Shown: positions 41,091-54,748 of the stretch, in pieces | Position numbering within the stretch: position 1 is the first letter of the stretch | How the letters are laid out: the number at the start of each line of letters is the position of its first letter | NCBI GenBank assembly: GCA_951406725.2 | Contig: OX597826.1 | Location: 12,586,001 to 12,650,000 of the forward strand | DNA: 64,000 nucleotides | Direction of reading: 5' to 3' | Source: Octopus vulgaris | Taxonomy: Eukaryota | Notes under the pieces: generated by a model | The model's database searches: none | What the model was told of the DNA's origin: nothing | Seen by the model: the letters and a program-made list of their open reading frames with translations, nothing else | Program-made: the position numbers and the translations under genes

Positions 41091-41698
41091 GTTTCTTTAT
41101 TACCCACAAGGGGCTAAATACAGAGGGGACAAACAAGGACAGACAAAGGGATTAAGTCGATTACATCGCCCCCAGTGCGTAACTGTTACTTAAGTTATCG
41201 ACCCTGAAATGATGAAAGGCAAAGTCAACCTCGGCGGAATTTGAATTCAGAACGTAGCGGCAGACGAAATACCTATCTCTTTACTACTCACAAGGGGCTA
41301 AATACGGAGAGGATAAACAAGAACAGACAAACGGATTAAGTAGATTATATCGACCCAGTGCGTAACTGGTACTTATTCAAAGGCGGCGAGCTGGCAGAAA
41401 TGTTAGCACGCCGGGCGAAATGCTTTGCCGTATTGCGTCTGCCGTTACGTTCTGAGTTCAAATTCCGCCGAGGTCGACTTTGCCTTTCATCCTTTCGGGG
41501 TCGATAAATTAAAGTACCAGTTACGCACTGGGGTCGATGTAATTGACTTAATACCTATGTCTGTCCTTGTTTGTCCCCTCTATGTTTAGCCCCTTGTGGG
41601 TAATAAAGAAATAGGTACTTATTCAATCGACCCTGAAAGGTTGAAAGGCAAAGTCGACCTCGGCAGAAGTTGAACTCAGAACGTAGCGGCAGACGAAT
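41091..41698. mobile_element. Nested family N SINEs: a plus-strand copy (41381-41613) inserted in a minus-strand multimer
   Basis: Outer TSD AGTCGGGAAGATATATTAT (41071-41089 and 41701-41719). Inner TSD GGTACTTATTCAA (41368-41380 and 41614-41626). Confidence 0.9.
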
Positions 41699-41773
41699 AC
41701 AGTCGGGAAGATATATTATGTTAAAACACACGCATGCACACACCTACGTACGCGCGCATACACGCACACACAA

Positions 41774-41805
<32 letters not shown>

Positions 41806-42303
41806 AAACACACACACACACACACAAACACACACGCACACAAACACCCCCCAAACACATACATATATATGCATAATGTTGACTATCAGCAAACCGTGTA
41901 CTCACTACCATAGAAGAGAATGCTCGAACATTGCACTTTGTTATATTTTGGTCGTACTCCTTCATGGACCTGCCTGAAAATCCTGCGTACCAAGAGGTGA
42001 ATCTCACAACGGCAAGTGACTGACCGATGAAATATACATGGCGTATTTTATAGATATGCCTGTTCAAGTATCATAATACCATGAAACTACCAGTAGCTCT
42101 TTCGGTTGTGTATTTAATCTCATATATATGTAGTGTCTATCCGTGTAAGATCGTTTGCTTTACATACGTCTTTGTCGACTGTTGTTTGTAATCTATTGCT
42201 GATTCCATTATTAGAATGTGTAATCATGAGACTAATGCCCATGTAAGAGGCGCAGCTTGAGTAGCTTGTTATATACAACGTGCCAGTTACAACTAAATAC
42301 TTA

Positions 42304-42826
42304 TCGTAAATCCTCGAGTATAGTCCGCCCTTGAGTATAATACGCAGGGAATTTTTAGGGGGCTGTGCCTCTGAAAAACCTAAACCATGTGTATAATACG
42401 CACCCCTTCTCTAACTTGAGTCAAAGAGGTCTATATAACGTCCTTGGTTTGTAAAAATGTATACGGTAACGTCCTTTATTATTATTGTATATATAAAATA
42501 ATGCAAACGTGTAGCTTTTTTGTGCATTTTGTTTTGCAGAAAATAAAGAAATAACAATAATAACAGTAATAACGTTTACTAAATGTTGCTTACTGCAAGT
42601 TATGGATGATTCTTTTATGACTTCATTGCTTTCAGGCTTAGCTTAAGGTATTTTCGCGCCCGACATCAAAAAATGCGCCTGAATAAACATTGCCGGACAG
42701 CAAATAGAGACTCGGACATTGCTTAGAAAATAATTTTCATTTTTAACCTCATATATAGTACGCACTCGGGATTTTGATCTTTAAAGTTTGGGAAAAAAAA
42801 TGCGGATTATACTCGAGGATTTACGG
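42304..42826. mobile_element. pogo/Tc2-like MITE with TA TSD
   Basis: TA|TCGTAAATCCTCGAGTATAGTCCGC ... GCGGATTATACTCGAGGATTTACGG|TA. Confidence 0.85.
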
Positions 42827-43864
42827 TATATTCTGGTGCGTGTATGCATCTACATGGTTGTATGTACGTGTTAAGTCATGAATGCATGTCTGTGTGTGCT
42901 TGTTTTTATGTATTTATGTGCATTGGTGTGTTTATGGGTGTGTGTGTGAATATGTGTGATTGTGTGCGTGCGTGCATGCGTGCGTGTGTGTGTGTGTGTG
43001 TGTGTGAAAATGTGTTACAGAAAAGTCTGAGTATGAATACGTATTCTGTAGTGAATTTATATATTCATAAATTTGATTCCAGTGATTTCAACAAACTATA
43101 ATATACGAGACCGTTTTACTAATTGCTCCCTCCGTAACGCCGATACTCATAAATGCACTGTATACATAACTCCACATTATTCTGTAGCAAGCGTTATAGA
43201 TTTCAGTTCTATAATATATAGCCACATGTATTGATTTTATCGTATTCACAAGGCTATACATCTGAAGGTAGGGACAGTCAATCAAATCGATATCTATACT
43301 TCACAGGTGCTCATTCTGTTGACACGGAGAAGAGGAAAGACAGTTCCCTTCGGCGAGATTTTAACACAGAACGAAAATCGGAATTTTAAATATTGCAACG
43401 TAGGTGTACCGTTTGCAAACTTGGTCTTCATAGATTGAATGTCGGCTAAATGTACATTAAACTAAAGCTTACTAGGAGACAGAAGTACAGTGTAACAAGA
43501 CGGTTGTTAATTAAATATTCAGACTAATATGTAAGATAGGTTACACGGAGAATATTGAACGTTAGCTGTTATATACACATATATATATATATGCCCAAAA
43601 TGATAACACCCAACGGAAAATCTCAGATACAAACATTATATATGCCTGCACACACGCACACACACACACACACACACACGCATGTCTATCTGTCTATCTA
43701 TCTATCTACCTGTGTGTGAGCGTGCGTGTGTCTGTCTATCTACCTCTCTGTCTGTCTGTCTGTCTGTCTGTATGTATGTATGTATGTATGTATGTATGTA
43801 TGTATGTATGTATGGATGGATGGATGGATAGATGGATGGATGGATGTATGGATGTATGTATGAT

Positions 43865-44045
43865 AGATCGTTAGCCACTACACACATTTTTTCTCTCCTT
43901 GTTTTTTCTGTGTCCCTCTTTGTAGAAGAGCATAAGCTCGAAACGTAAAAGACTTTTTTCTATTCCTAAGCGTTATACTAATACATCTGTTTGTTTTGTA
44001 CACCACCTGTCTTCGTCTTTTGTTTTTTTTTCTTAAACTTTTCCT
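43865..44045 (+). mobile_element. Short PLE-related element with a degenerate hammerhead (43916-43953)
   Basis: TTGTAGA-A-GAGC-ATAA-GCTC-GAA-ACGT-A-AAAGA. Same layout as the 21658 family, flanked by (GTAT)n. Confidence 0.5.
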
Positions 44046-44851
44046 ATGTATGTATGTTGTATGTATGTATGTATGTATGTATGTATGTATGTATGTATGT
44101 ATGTGTGCAGGTATACCAACTGTCAAGCAAAGCGCTACCCATTGCGTATATCAACTATCAAATTACCAACCACTTACACATATACATATCTATTCACATT
44201 ACGCACACAACCATACTCACACATTTTCTTTACTGTCGCCATACTTTCGTAAATTATCGGTTCTTTTGAATATGCAAAATAATTATTGGTTCTATAGAAA
44301 TAATCTACTGTTCAAAATAATAATCAGTTCTTTTGAATAAGGGTTATAATAGGTAAGAACCAATCAACTATGGCATTGCTTTTTTTTGTATTTTAGACAT
44401 AGTTAAAGGCGACTTTGATAGACAGAAACATTTCTGCGTCAGACTCAAGTAAAGATCTTTCAATTTGTAATGTGAATTTAAATTTTATCGTTATCTATTT
44501 TATTTTCCATTTCTTTGTGATCAATGATAAACAAGATACTTATGTAGAAGCACCTATTCCACTAACTACACCAGTTTAACCTCTTTGTTACTTTGTAACC
44601 AATGTAGAAAATCTATATATTCCAACCGTAGGGACTTTTTCTTTTCGGTTTTGAAATCTGCAGCGATTCGATATTTTCAAGCCTTCGCTGACATACGTGG
44701 TCGTTGGTCGTTGGTTACCTTTCATATCGGAATTAAGAAGACTGATATTTATAGGGGAATATATAGCTTGGTAGTTTAAAGGATTTGAGATGAGAAATTC
44801 GATACGGCAAAGCATAGGATTTTGGCTATAAGTATATCAATAACTTCCTAT

Positions 44852-45084
44852 AAAGCGGCGAGCTGGCAGAACCGTTAGCCCGCCGGGCGAAATGCGTAGC
44901 CGTATTTCGTCTTCCGTTACGTTCTGAGTTCAAATTCCGCCGAGGTCGACTTTGCCTTTCATCCTTCCGGAGTCGATAAATTAAGTACCAGTTACGCACT
45001 GGGATCGATATGCTCGACTTAATCCGTTTGTCTGTCCTTGTTTGTCCCCTCTGTGTTTAGCCCCTTGTAGGTAGTAAAGAAACA
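44852..45084 (+). mobile_element. SINE family N monomer with an 18-bp TSD
   Basis: TATATCAATAACTTCCTA (44833-44850) and TATATCAATAACGTCCTA (45085-45102). Confidence 0.92.
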
Positions 45085-45523
45085 TATATCAATAACGTCC
45101 TAGAATGCTGGAGCTTTGGAAATCCCTCCAGACACGTGTCTCACCTGCAGTTAGAGTATAAAGTTCACCAGATTCGGAAGATATGAAAATTCCAAAGATA
45201 CGACCACTTCCTACAGATCCAGCACCAAAAATAAAAAGAAGTGGTGAGGGAGCGTGAGAAGCAAAATGAAAGTTTTATGTCTTTCATATAATACTGTTGC
45301 TGTGATTAAGTGGCGGAATGCCTTCAGGTCGTTCTGACATGAGACTTGAAACAGCTAGAGAGAACTTGACATTGAAGACCGTAACTCAGGGAACTCTCGT
45401 AGAGCAATTTGTATTTTGTTTTGAACGATACCATTAAAACTTTGCTCCTCTGGAACCATACAACGCATACCATTCTCTTTAATACTATCAACCATTCGTT
45501 AAGTAATCATAATTTAATCATAT

Positions 45524-45687
45524 AGGCGTAGGAGTGGCTATGTGGTAAGTAGCTTGCTTACGAACCACATGGTTCCGGGTTCAGTCCCACTGAGTGCCAC
45601 CTTGTGCAAGTGTCTTCTACTATAACCTCGGGCCGACCAAATCCTTGTGAGGGGATTTGGTAGACGGAAACTGAAAGAAGCCTGTCG

Positions 45688-45749
<62 letters not shown>

Positions 45750-45983
45750 CGTGTGCGTGCGTGTGTATGTTTCTGTGTCTGTTTTTGTCTCCCCGCCAAC
45801 ATTGCTTGACAACCGATTCTGGTGTGCTTACGTTCTTGTAACTTAGCGGTTCGGCAAAAGTGACCGATAGGATAAGTACTAGGCATACAAAGAATAAGTC
45901 CTGGGGTCGATTTGCTCGACTAAAGGTGGTGCTCCAGCATGGCCACAGTCAAATGATTGAAACAAGTAAAAGAATGAAAGAAT
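45524..45983 (+). mobile_element. SINE family C
   Basis: Full-length match with internal (TG)n. Confidence 0.9.
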
Positions 45984-46409
45984 AATAGAAAGAGTTTCTG
46001 AATTTAGCTCCAAACCACATATTTTGAGGCAGGTTTTTTGCAAATTCAATAAACACTGGGTATGACTGGTATGTACTGTCTACATACTGGAACTGATAAA
46101 GGTGAGATAATTAAGGACATAATCTATTCGGTGTTTCTGTTAGGTTTGCTACTTTACAGGTATAGTTTTAAATTTTAATGTCAAAAGGGCAAGCATGGCT
46201 CATGCATCTTCATGAAGACTCCGACTCTGGTGAGCCGGAGTCAAAAAGATACTCTTAAATTGAAAATCTGGTCCCGAACGAGTCAAGAGAGCGGATTCCA
46301 CTAAAGGAACCAAGGTGACAGGTGATGGTGTTAAGCTGGGAGACGGTACTGAAATATTGGCACCGCGCAGCGTATTTTGGTATTCCCCTTATATATATAT
46401 ATGTATTTA

Positions 46410-46592
46410 TAGAGATGTACCTGCATAGCAAGTGATTTGTTCTGAGATCGTGTGCTGAAACGAAAACAATTGCAGCGTGGAAGGTGTTTGTAAGCCATTT
46501 AAGAAAGACACAAAAGCCGTTCGATTCACTTCAACATTTAAGTTTAATTTGTCAAAATATTTTCGTCGCTTTAAGACCGCGACCTGTTCAAT
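46410..46592 (-). mobile_element. Second copy of the 10199-10478 family, truncated inside the hammerhead
   Basis: Reverse complement TGAACA-G-GTCGC-GGTCTTAAA-GCGAC-GAA-AATATT-T-TGACAAA. The 5' strand of stem I is lost to (TA)n. Confidence 0.75.
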
Positions 46593-46611
46593 GTATATAT
46601 ATATATGTATA

Positions 46612-46700
<89 letters not shown>

Positions 46701-46732
46701 GTATATATATATATATATGTATATATATATAC

Positions 46733-46814
<82 letters not shown>

Positions 46815-46849
46815 TTATACATATGTATAAGTAACATTCAAAGCCACTT

Positions 46850-47125
46850 TAACATGGGAAGAGGTGATGAATAGGGTTACTTCTCTTGCCCAGAGATGGG
46901 CAGAGAGGAAGTTGTTCCAAGAAAGGTCGGGCAGAGATGGCGAATGCCTATATAGCCTCTGTCATTATTTAACGCGTGACCATAGCGCCTTGCCCCAGTT
47001 ACTGCTTGATTAGAGTGGAGCAAAACCTATTTATTTTGTTGTGGAAGTGACGCGTTCCAATGATCAGGCGTTCGGTCTGCTGCCAACATCCTTCGCGTAG
47101 CGGCTTAGGCATGCCATGGTTTTTA
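46850..47125 (+). mobile_element. Diverged fragment of the same L1/Tx1-like LINE
   Basis: Resembles 47625-47900 (TGGGCAGAGAGGAAG...AAAGGTCGGGCAGAGAT...). Confidence 0.7.
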
Positions 47126-47479
47126 AAATGTGTCAAACTCAACTCAACCGCTACTAAGGTATGGTGAGGGAAAGACGAAAGTGAAAGGCCACTTCAGTTG
47201 TCGGTGATCAATGAAGAGTGCAACATCTTACTTTGTATTGGATGCAACTTATATGATAAAAGCTGGAGTGCTACTAGTACATACTACATCCTTGGACTCG
47301 TCACGCGTAGACAGCATCTACTTAGTGGACGATTTCATTACGGCAGTGATGAATACAATACATGAGAGGTAAAGAAGCGGAAGTGCTTGTGTTTGCGTAG
47401 GTTCACAGTAAAGGTATTACGAGTAATTACATGACGGTAAGCACGTCGCCTGTAATTCCATCACGTGATATTTTCAAAA

Positions 47480-48903
47480 CAGTCAACTAGGAAAAATCAG
47501 TGGGCTTGCGGCTCGGCGCCCGGAGAAGTGAGTTCATACCGTCCAACTACATCGTTGGGTGCTGGACGTGCGGACCGGTTAAATTGCTTGGGTTCTCTTT
47601 CGGTCCGGACCTCCAGGTGGACAGAAACTGGGACGAGGCAACGAGCAGGATGACTACTCTCACTCAGAAATGGGCCGAGCGAAAGCTATCTCTGAAAGGT
47701 CGGGCAGAGATATCTAACGCGTATATCGCGTCCGTCATCTATTATCACTTAACCGTCGTGTGTTGTCCTGGCCACCATCGGATTACGCTGGAGCATATAC
47801 TCTTCTACTTCTTGTGGAAGGGACGCGTCCCGATGGTCAGGAGGTCAACCTGTTGTCAGCACCCGCTGAGTGGTAGCCTGGGCATACCAGGGTTGATGAT
47901 GTACAGATAAGTATTTCCGCAGCTAGTTTCCTTAACGAAGCTGCAGTCCTGGGTGAAACAGAGACTGAAGGGGAGCTTTTGGAAAGTGAAATGTCTTCAA
48001 GTGCTCACAGCCCTCATCCAATCGGACAGTGTGATAGGCGGAACGACAACTTTAGATTTTTATAGAGGATTAGCGGAGGAAAAGTGCGATGACATCCTTG
48101 GGGAGACCTTGGGCATCGAAGAAGATCTAGTCGCTCTTTTCCGGAGAACTTTCGGGCCGGGACCGATGGATAATTTCCTAAAATCTCTGACCTGGTAGTG
48201 CTACCGGGGTGCTTTGCTGTTCGAGCTAAACTTTATAGGAACGGAAGTGCCGTCAACCGAGCATGTCCGACGAGATGGTCCTGCATGTACTCGTCCAATG
48301 CTTGAGCATTGCTGACCTGTGGGTTTATGTCGAACACCTGCTGTTGTGTTTGGGGCAGATCCGGCTGTCAACTGAATCCATCGTGAAGATCGCCCCGCCG
48401 CCTTCCTTTAACCGAGAAGGAAAGACTGTGTTTATATGCCTGGTGGTCATGGCGAAAGAGGTTGTACAGTGGACGAGTTTGAAGGAGCTGAAGACAAACA
48501 CTTTTGTCGTTGGCCAATCCCTGATCAGCTTCAAGTTTCACTTCAAAGAGAAAATATGAGTAGAGCGGAAAGTGTTGTCTTCTAGCCAGTTTGTTGAAAA
48601 GTGGATGAAAATGAGGAGAATGGTGTGAGTGAACGGGCCTGCCCTGAGCATGTGCCTGTAGTTTGAAAAATAGGAAGGAAAAAAGGCAAATGCCCCAAAA
48701 GTCGGGGTACCCATGGTTTTTTAAATGAGGGTTTTCCATGAGCAGCCCGCGTACGTCCCCTCTCTATTGAGGGTCACACATTGTTGATTAAAAAAAAGAA
48801 AATTTGTTAATCTTGATTACACGCAAAACCGTCACAACACATTCTTTGTTTTACCCAGTGCTATCCATAACATTTTTCTTAAACCCTTGTGGTTAATAAA
48901 GAA

Positions 48904-48962
<59 letters not shown>

Positions 48963-48975
48963 CATCATCATCATG
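47480..48975 (+). mobile_element. 5'-truncated L1/Tx1-like LINE (post-RT ORF2 region, 3' UTR, (ATT)n tail)
   Basis: KLLGFSFG...WAERKLSLKGRAEISNAYIASVIYY...FLWKGRV...GSLGIP and the zinc-knuckle remnant EMVLHVLVQC. AATAAA is followed by (ATT)n. Frameshifted. Confidence 0.85.
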
Positions 48976-49665
48976 AAGTCAAATGAGGTGATTGGCATAT
49001 ATGACCTTTACCAGCTTTAGCAGAGTTTGTAGATATATGTGGTAGATAGGTAACTATAGACAAACTTGTATATTTATCCGTGAATATATTATGTTTATTT
49101 AAAAATTCCGACAAATTTCTTTCACCACGTTATTGCATAGTTCATAGAGTAGCCAGGGTTATTTTTAACAACTCTCCTTATATTTTTTTCTATTAAAAAA
49201 AAAAAAGAAACAGAACCTGTTCAGGTGTTTCGACGAGTAGAAGCACATGTGCTGACAATACTAACCTTTGATCTCTTTGAGTGTCAAGCGATGACATTTA
49301 GGTGCCAACAGATATATGCATGCAATCATAAATTTATGTGTGTATGTATGTACGTATGCATGCATGTATGTATGTATAGATAGATAGACAGATGGATGGA
49401 GGGATGGAGGGATGGATGAGGTATACTAACCCCGTAGTTGTATATTTTAAGTTTTGTACTAAAAGTCGGAATGCGGTAAACTAAATAGAAGCTTCCAACA
49501 ATCAACGGTAGACTGTACGCTGTTACTCATCTCTATGGATTATGCAAATTTAAATCCTTGGAAACATATGTTATTACGTACATGCATATATACATACATA
49601 CATACATACATACATAAATACACACACATACTCACAGACATGTATATATATATATACATACATAC

Positions 49666-49717
<52 letters not shown>

Positions 49718-49826
49718 GTATGCACACTCGCACATATATGTATATATACACATGAACCGCACATACGTATATATTTTTAATTGATATATATTATAGCATA
49801 TAGACATACATATATGTGCTATATGC

Positions 49827-49874
<48 letters not shown>

Positions 49875-49892
49875 TTATATATATATACATGC

Positions 49893-49981
<89 letters not shown>

Positions 49982-51399
49982 CATGCATGCATGCATACAT
50001 ACATACATGCATACATACATACATACATACATGCATGCATACATACATACATACATACATACATACATACATACATACATACATACATACATACATACAT
50101 ACATACAACAAACGTATACAGATTGAAAATCTGCTAAAGTCTGCTAAAAGTCATTATATGTTTGCCATTTTGTTCTGAAAATTCTAAGGTTTATCCGTTG
50201 CAACAACAAAAGGAAAACTAAGCAAAAAGAAAAAAAGAAACATCGAATATAAAAAAAAAAAGAAACAATGTAAAATAACTGACAAAGATTAGTAAAACAA
50301 ATAAGGAGAGGTTATAAAACATAGCTAGATTTCAAAGTACATCTTGTAGTAGCTCTGTCTTTCAGCGCATGGTTTTGAATCTTTGAAATGCGTAGTAGCT
50401 GTTGGTATTGTCTTCCTTCCCTCTCAGTCCCACCTGTAAAATTTTCATTACGCATTGCCTTCCTTCGTACAGGAAACGCCGTTATTCAGCAGACGTCAGT
50501 GCCTGTTCTGTTATCCAATATACTCGCAGACAGTAGCTAAGAAAACAAAATCGTATGCGTTCGTGCAGAAATCAATTCTCTTCGATGAAATTCTTTGGGG
50601 TTTTATATATTTTATATTTTATTTATTTCTATATTCTTTCCTTACTTATTTATTTTATTTAATTTTCCCTTTTTTTTTTTTATTTACAATTTCTATATTG
50701 AATTTGTATTCAGGACTCAATCTTTCCCACCCTAACAATTTAGAGTTCTCTCATTCGCTTTCCTTTCCTCTCTCTATCTCTCTTCCTCTCGCTTTCTATC
50801 TCTCTATTTTACTCCTCCTTGCTATACTATTTCACTGTCTATTTTCCGTTTCAGCTTCCGTTACGCTTCTTTCTCCTCTCTATTTCAAAGCAATCTTGTT
50901 ATCCCACCCTCGTCACCACCTGCCGCATACTCATTTGACATTTTCTTGAAACCTTTCCAATTAAATCTACGACTGATGCAAAATACTTTAATTTTCTAAT
51001 CACCTTTATCGTCCCACAATCCCACAGATTATATATATATATATACAACATTAAATTGTATCGTTTCCACTGCTCCCACATAACAGCCACCACAACATAA
51101 CCTTAATATATTATTACCACAGATATTATTTACTATTTTCCCATCCTTAGATTTTAATGGTCATAACATTCAAACCATACAAAGGCCACTACGACAATCG
51201 CTGCCACTGCCGACGCTGAAATCTCTGCTACCGCTACCGTTGCCAAAACCACCACCACCACTACCAATATTCCAACCACTATAGCAACAGCAACAAAGTC
51301 TATACCATCAACTGTCACAATCCTTGAATTCCATCAATACCAACCTGACATAATTTGCTGTTCCAAAACAGCTTATTGTGAGGAGATGCTAACTTACAT

Positions 51400-52185
51400 A
51401 TTTTTGGTTATGTCGACTACATAGTATAGTAGGGTCAGTTGGGCACTGTCTGTGAGAAAATCAGCACCATGGCACAATTTACCCTGCCAGAAATTTGGAA
51501 ATGGCATGCTGTGACTGCTGCTGTTGTTTGTATTAATGTTGCTGTTGTCGTTACTTCTGCTGTTGATTGATCAAACTTATGATCAAAGATATTCCATACC
51601 GCCTTTTTTTCCTTTTTCACATAGGTAGATTATCCACGGATCACGTTTTATAAAATGTTCTCTACGCGCATGTGTGTTTCTTCTTTTAAGACGTATGGTT
51701 TCAAGGAAACTTAGCAGCTTTCCTGGCATCTTGAATATTCATATAGGAACTTCGTTAGTGGCTCGAGAGGGCCCACAGCTAGCTCAAGTGAGTAATGTTT
51801 TATACAAAGGACAAGTTTTTTTATGATTTACGTATATCTATCTATGTAATAACTTTTCGGTATCTCTATGCTACAAACAGCAAGGAAACTAAAATAAAAT
51901 CAATATTTTATAATATATTTATGAAGGAATTCATTCAATCAGGTATATGATTGATAAAACAGGAATTTTGGAGACCTAACATGACTTCTCTGTGAAATAT
52001 ATTAACGGATGTTTAACACGCATCATTAAGTAATTTCGTCCACTTGCTTGCTAAATACACAGTCTTGATGAATATTTTGGTTATGTCGACTACATAGTAT
52101 AGTAGGGTCAGATGGGCACCGTCTGTGAGTAAAAAATCACCATGGCACAATTCCCTATACCAGAAATTTGGAAATGACATGCTGT
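51400..52185. repeat. ~110-bp direct repeat pair about 675 bp apart
   Basis: TTTTGGTTATGTCGACTACATAGTATAGTAGGGTCAG...CCAGAAATTTGGAAATG.CATGCTGT at 51402-51512 and 52075-52185. Confidence 0.9.
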
Positions 52186-52753
52186 AAATACCAAATTGAC
52201 TGTGATTTGAGCTCATAATATAAAGAGCCAAGAGAAATGCTTCTAAGTACATAGTACTACACTGCTGAAAGTTTACGTGATGCCACCGCGTCTATCCCCT
52301 TTGTTTCGCGTGATAGTTCTATTTTAATACCTTATTTTGTGTTTATGTATAATCAAAGAAACTCATTGATGCTAGGGCCTCGACATCACTGAAAGACTGA
52401 AATCAGTAAATGCATAAAGACACTATGTATGTGTATGTGTGTGTTTGTGAGGTGTCTGTGTACTATTTTCCTCAGCTCCTTTTATTTGCGTTCGTTTGTT
52501 TGTTATGGAGTAAACATTTCTAGTATATGTGCTTCTTTGTCGGCTTTTGAATATGTTGACTATCTTTTTTTTCCTATCTATTGTTATAATCTGAAAGTTA
52601 CACCTTTATATTCAATTTTTAATTAAGTGACTTGTATATTGCAAGTTAATTAATCTGCAACACGATGTTTTTCACAGAGTATCATTTGGGGAGAAATTTT
52701 TATTAATTACTAGACAGAGATTTATATAATACACGTGTCGTGTGATGTGGTGA

Positions 52754-52794
<41 letters not shown>

Positions 52795-52963
52795 ATGATG
52801 GTGGTGGTGGTGACGGTGGTGGTAGTAGTGTTGATGGTGTTGAAACTGATATCTGTGTACGAAATGTAATCTTGTACATCGTTTACATCATATCTATTAG
52901 TGACTGTTCATTAAATAATCATTTTATTTTTTTTATGAATAATTTATCTGCGTAGATATTTCA

Positions 52964-53131
<168 letters not shown>

Positions 53132-53949
53132 TGCAAAGTGAAAAGAATCTAAACTATATATATATGCGGAAAGTGAAAAAATTACATTACACTATATATA
53201 GATGCATACGTACTGGTGGTGGTGGAGTATTAATTAGTTCTTTGTTTTGTGACTCAGCTACAGTGTTGCATTATTTATTCCGGATCCGTGAGTTATCTGT
53301 TCAAATCCGGCCGAAGTGAACTTTACCTCTCGTTTTCTTCGGGTGGATTGGCTGAATTTTATTCGATAGTATCAAGAGATGTCTTGCGGCATCGTCTCTA
53401 AATTTATTTATATTCCGAGTCCATAAATATTACAAGATAAAATTACAAACATCTAAAAACAGCAAAGAAGTATCTGTGCCACTTCAATGGAATATAATGA
53501 AATATAAACGCAGGAGTTCTCAATAGAGGAAAGAAAATAGGGGTAACTTATATAAATTTTGAAGTTTATATAGAGTAAAGTATCGAACTTTGGTACATAA
53601 CTGTATAAATGAAATACAAGAAGATGCTACCACTAAAAATGATATTTTCCGGTACAATTCCATAAAAAAGAAGCCTTTTTTCAAACAGTTCTTTCCTTCT
53701 ATATCCCCGAGTCATTCATATTTTAAGATATGTACGATACCAAAATGGAACGTATCAGTTCATTCAAACATGGACATCTCGTCTCTTCATTTCGTCGGCA
53801 TCGGAGAATAACTTTTCCCTTAAAGCGATGAGTCAGTGAATCACGTTTGTTATGAACACATATCGCTATAATGGAGATGTTCTCAGATAACGAATAACAA
53901 CAACGATCAGATATTCGCTTTCGAATGTGTCAAATCATGAACAATGAAT

Positions 53950-54488
53950 AGACACGTCATTCTTTGGATTCTGGCTGTTCCATGGGGACCCCATCAGCTA
54001 TTAATGGAATCTCTCTTTTTGGTTCTTTGTTTTTTTTTAGATTTTTATTTGTTTTTGTTTACGTGATGACCATCTTCTGTTTCGATTGCGGATCAGTTGA
54101 TGACAATACGTTTTGAATAATATCAGCAACGTAGAACACTGCGATTGGTGCACCTGCAATATCTTGACTCCTGCTACATAAGCTACACGTATCATGCGTC
54201 GTATTGTATGCCCTAACAAGTGGGAAATCTCATGAAATTATGGTATTTCTGTGTCACTGCTGCACGTAATACCTCCAACACCACCGCCACAAAACGAACC
54301 AAGACATAAGGTGTGAGATTTCTCATCGGAAAAGATATTTGAACAACGAAGCCTTTCCGTGTGGTTGAGGAACGCATTTCCCAGAGTTGCGTTCTTGTCT
54401 TGCTGCAAAAAATGCATCTTATTTTATATGAACGACGGAGATCCAGTGACAACAATGACCCAAGATGACTTGTGTACCTCCTTTCACC
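53950..54488 (-). mobile_element. Possible decayed Tc1/mariner-superfamily transposase
   Basis: Only the motifs DLRRSYKIR and NIFSDEKSH are recognisable. Confidence 0.4.
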
Positions 54489-54501
54489 TATATGAAGCTG
54501 T

Positions 54502-54638
54502 GGTCGACTTTGCCTTTCATCCTTTCGTGGTCGATAAATAGAGTACCAGTTTCGCACTGGGGTCGATGTAATCGACTCCCTTTGTATGTCCTTGTTTGTT
54601 CCCTCTATGTTTAGTCCCTTGTGGGCAATAAAGAAATA
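54502..54638 (+). mobile_element. 5'-truncated SINE family N with a 13-bp TSD
   Basis: TATATGAAGCTGT at 54489-54501 and 54639-54651. Confidence 0.9.
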
Positions 54639-54706
54639 TATATGAAGCTGTCCGAAATCCACTCTATCGGAAATCACCTTAAAAACTGATGGACATGTGT
54701 TCTCAT

Positions 54707-54748
<42 letters not shown>

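Noticed and set aside
41880-42090. Coding-looking unique stretch
   Set aside because: No recognisable motif or splice signals in either orientation.
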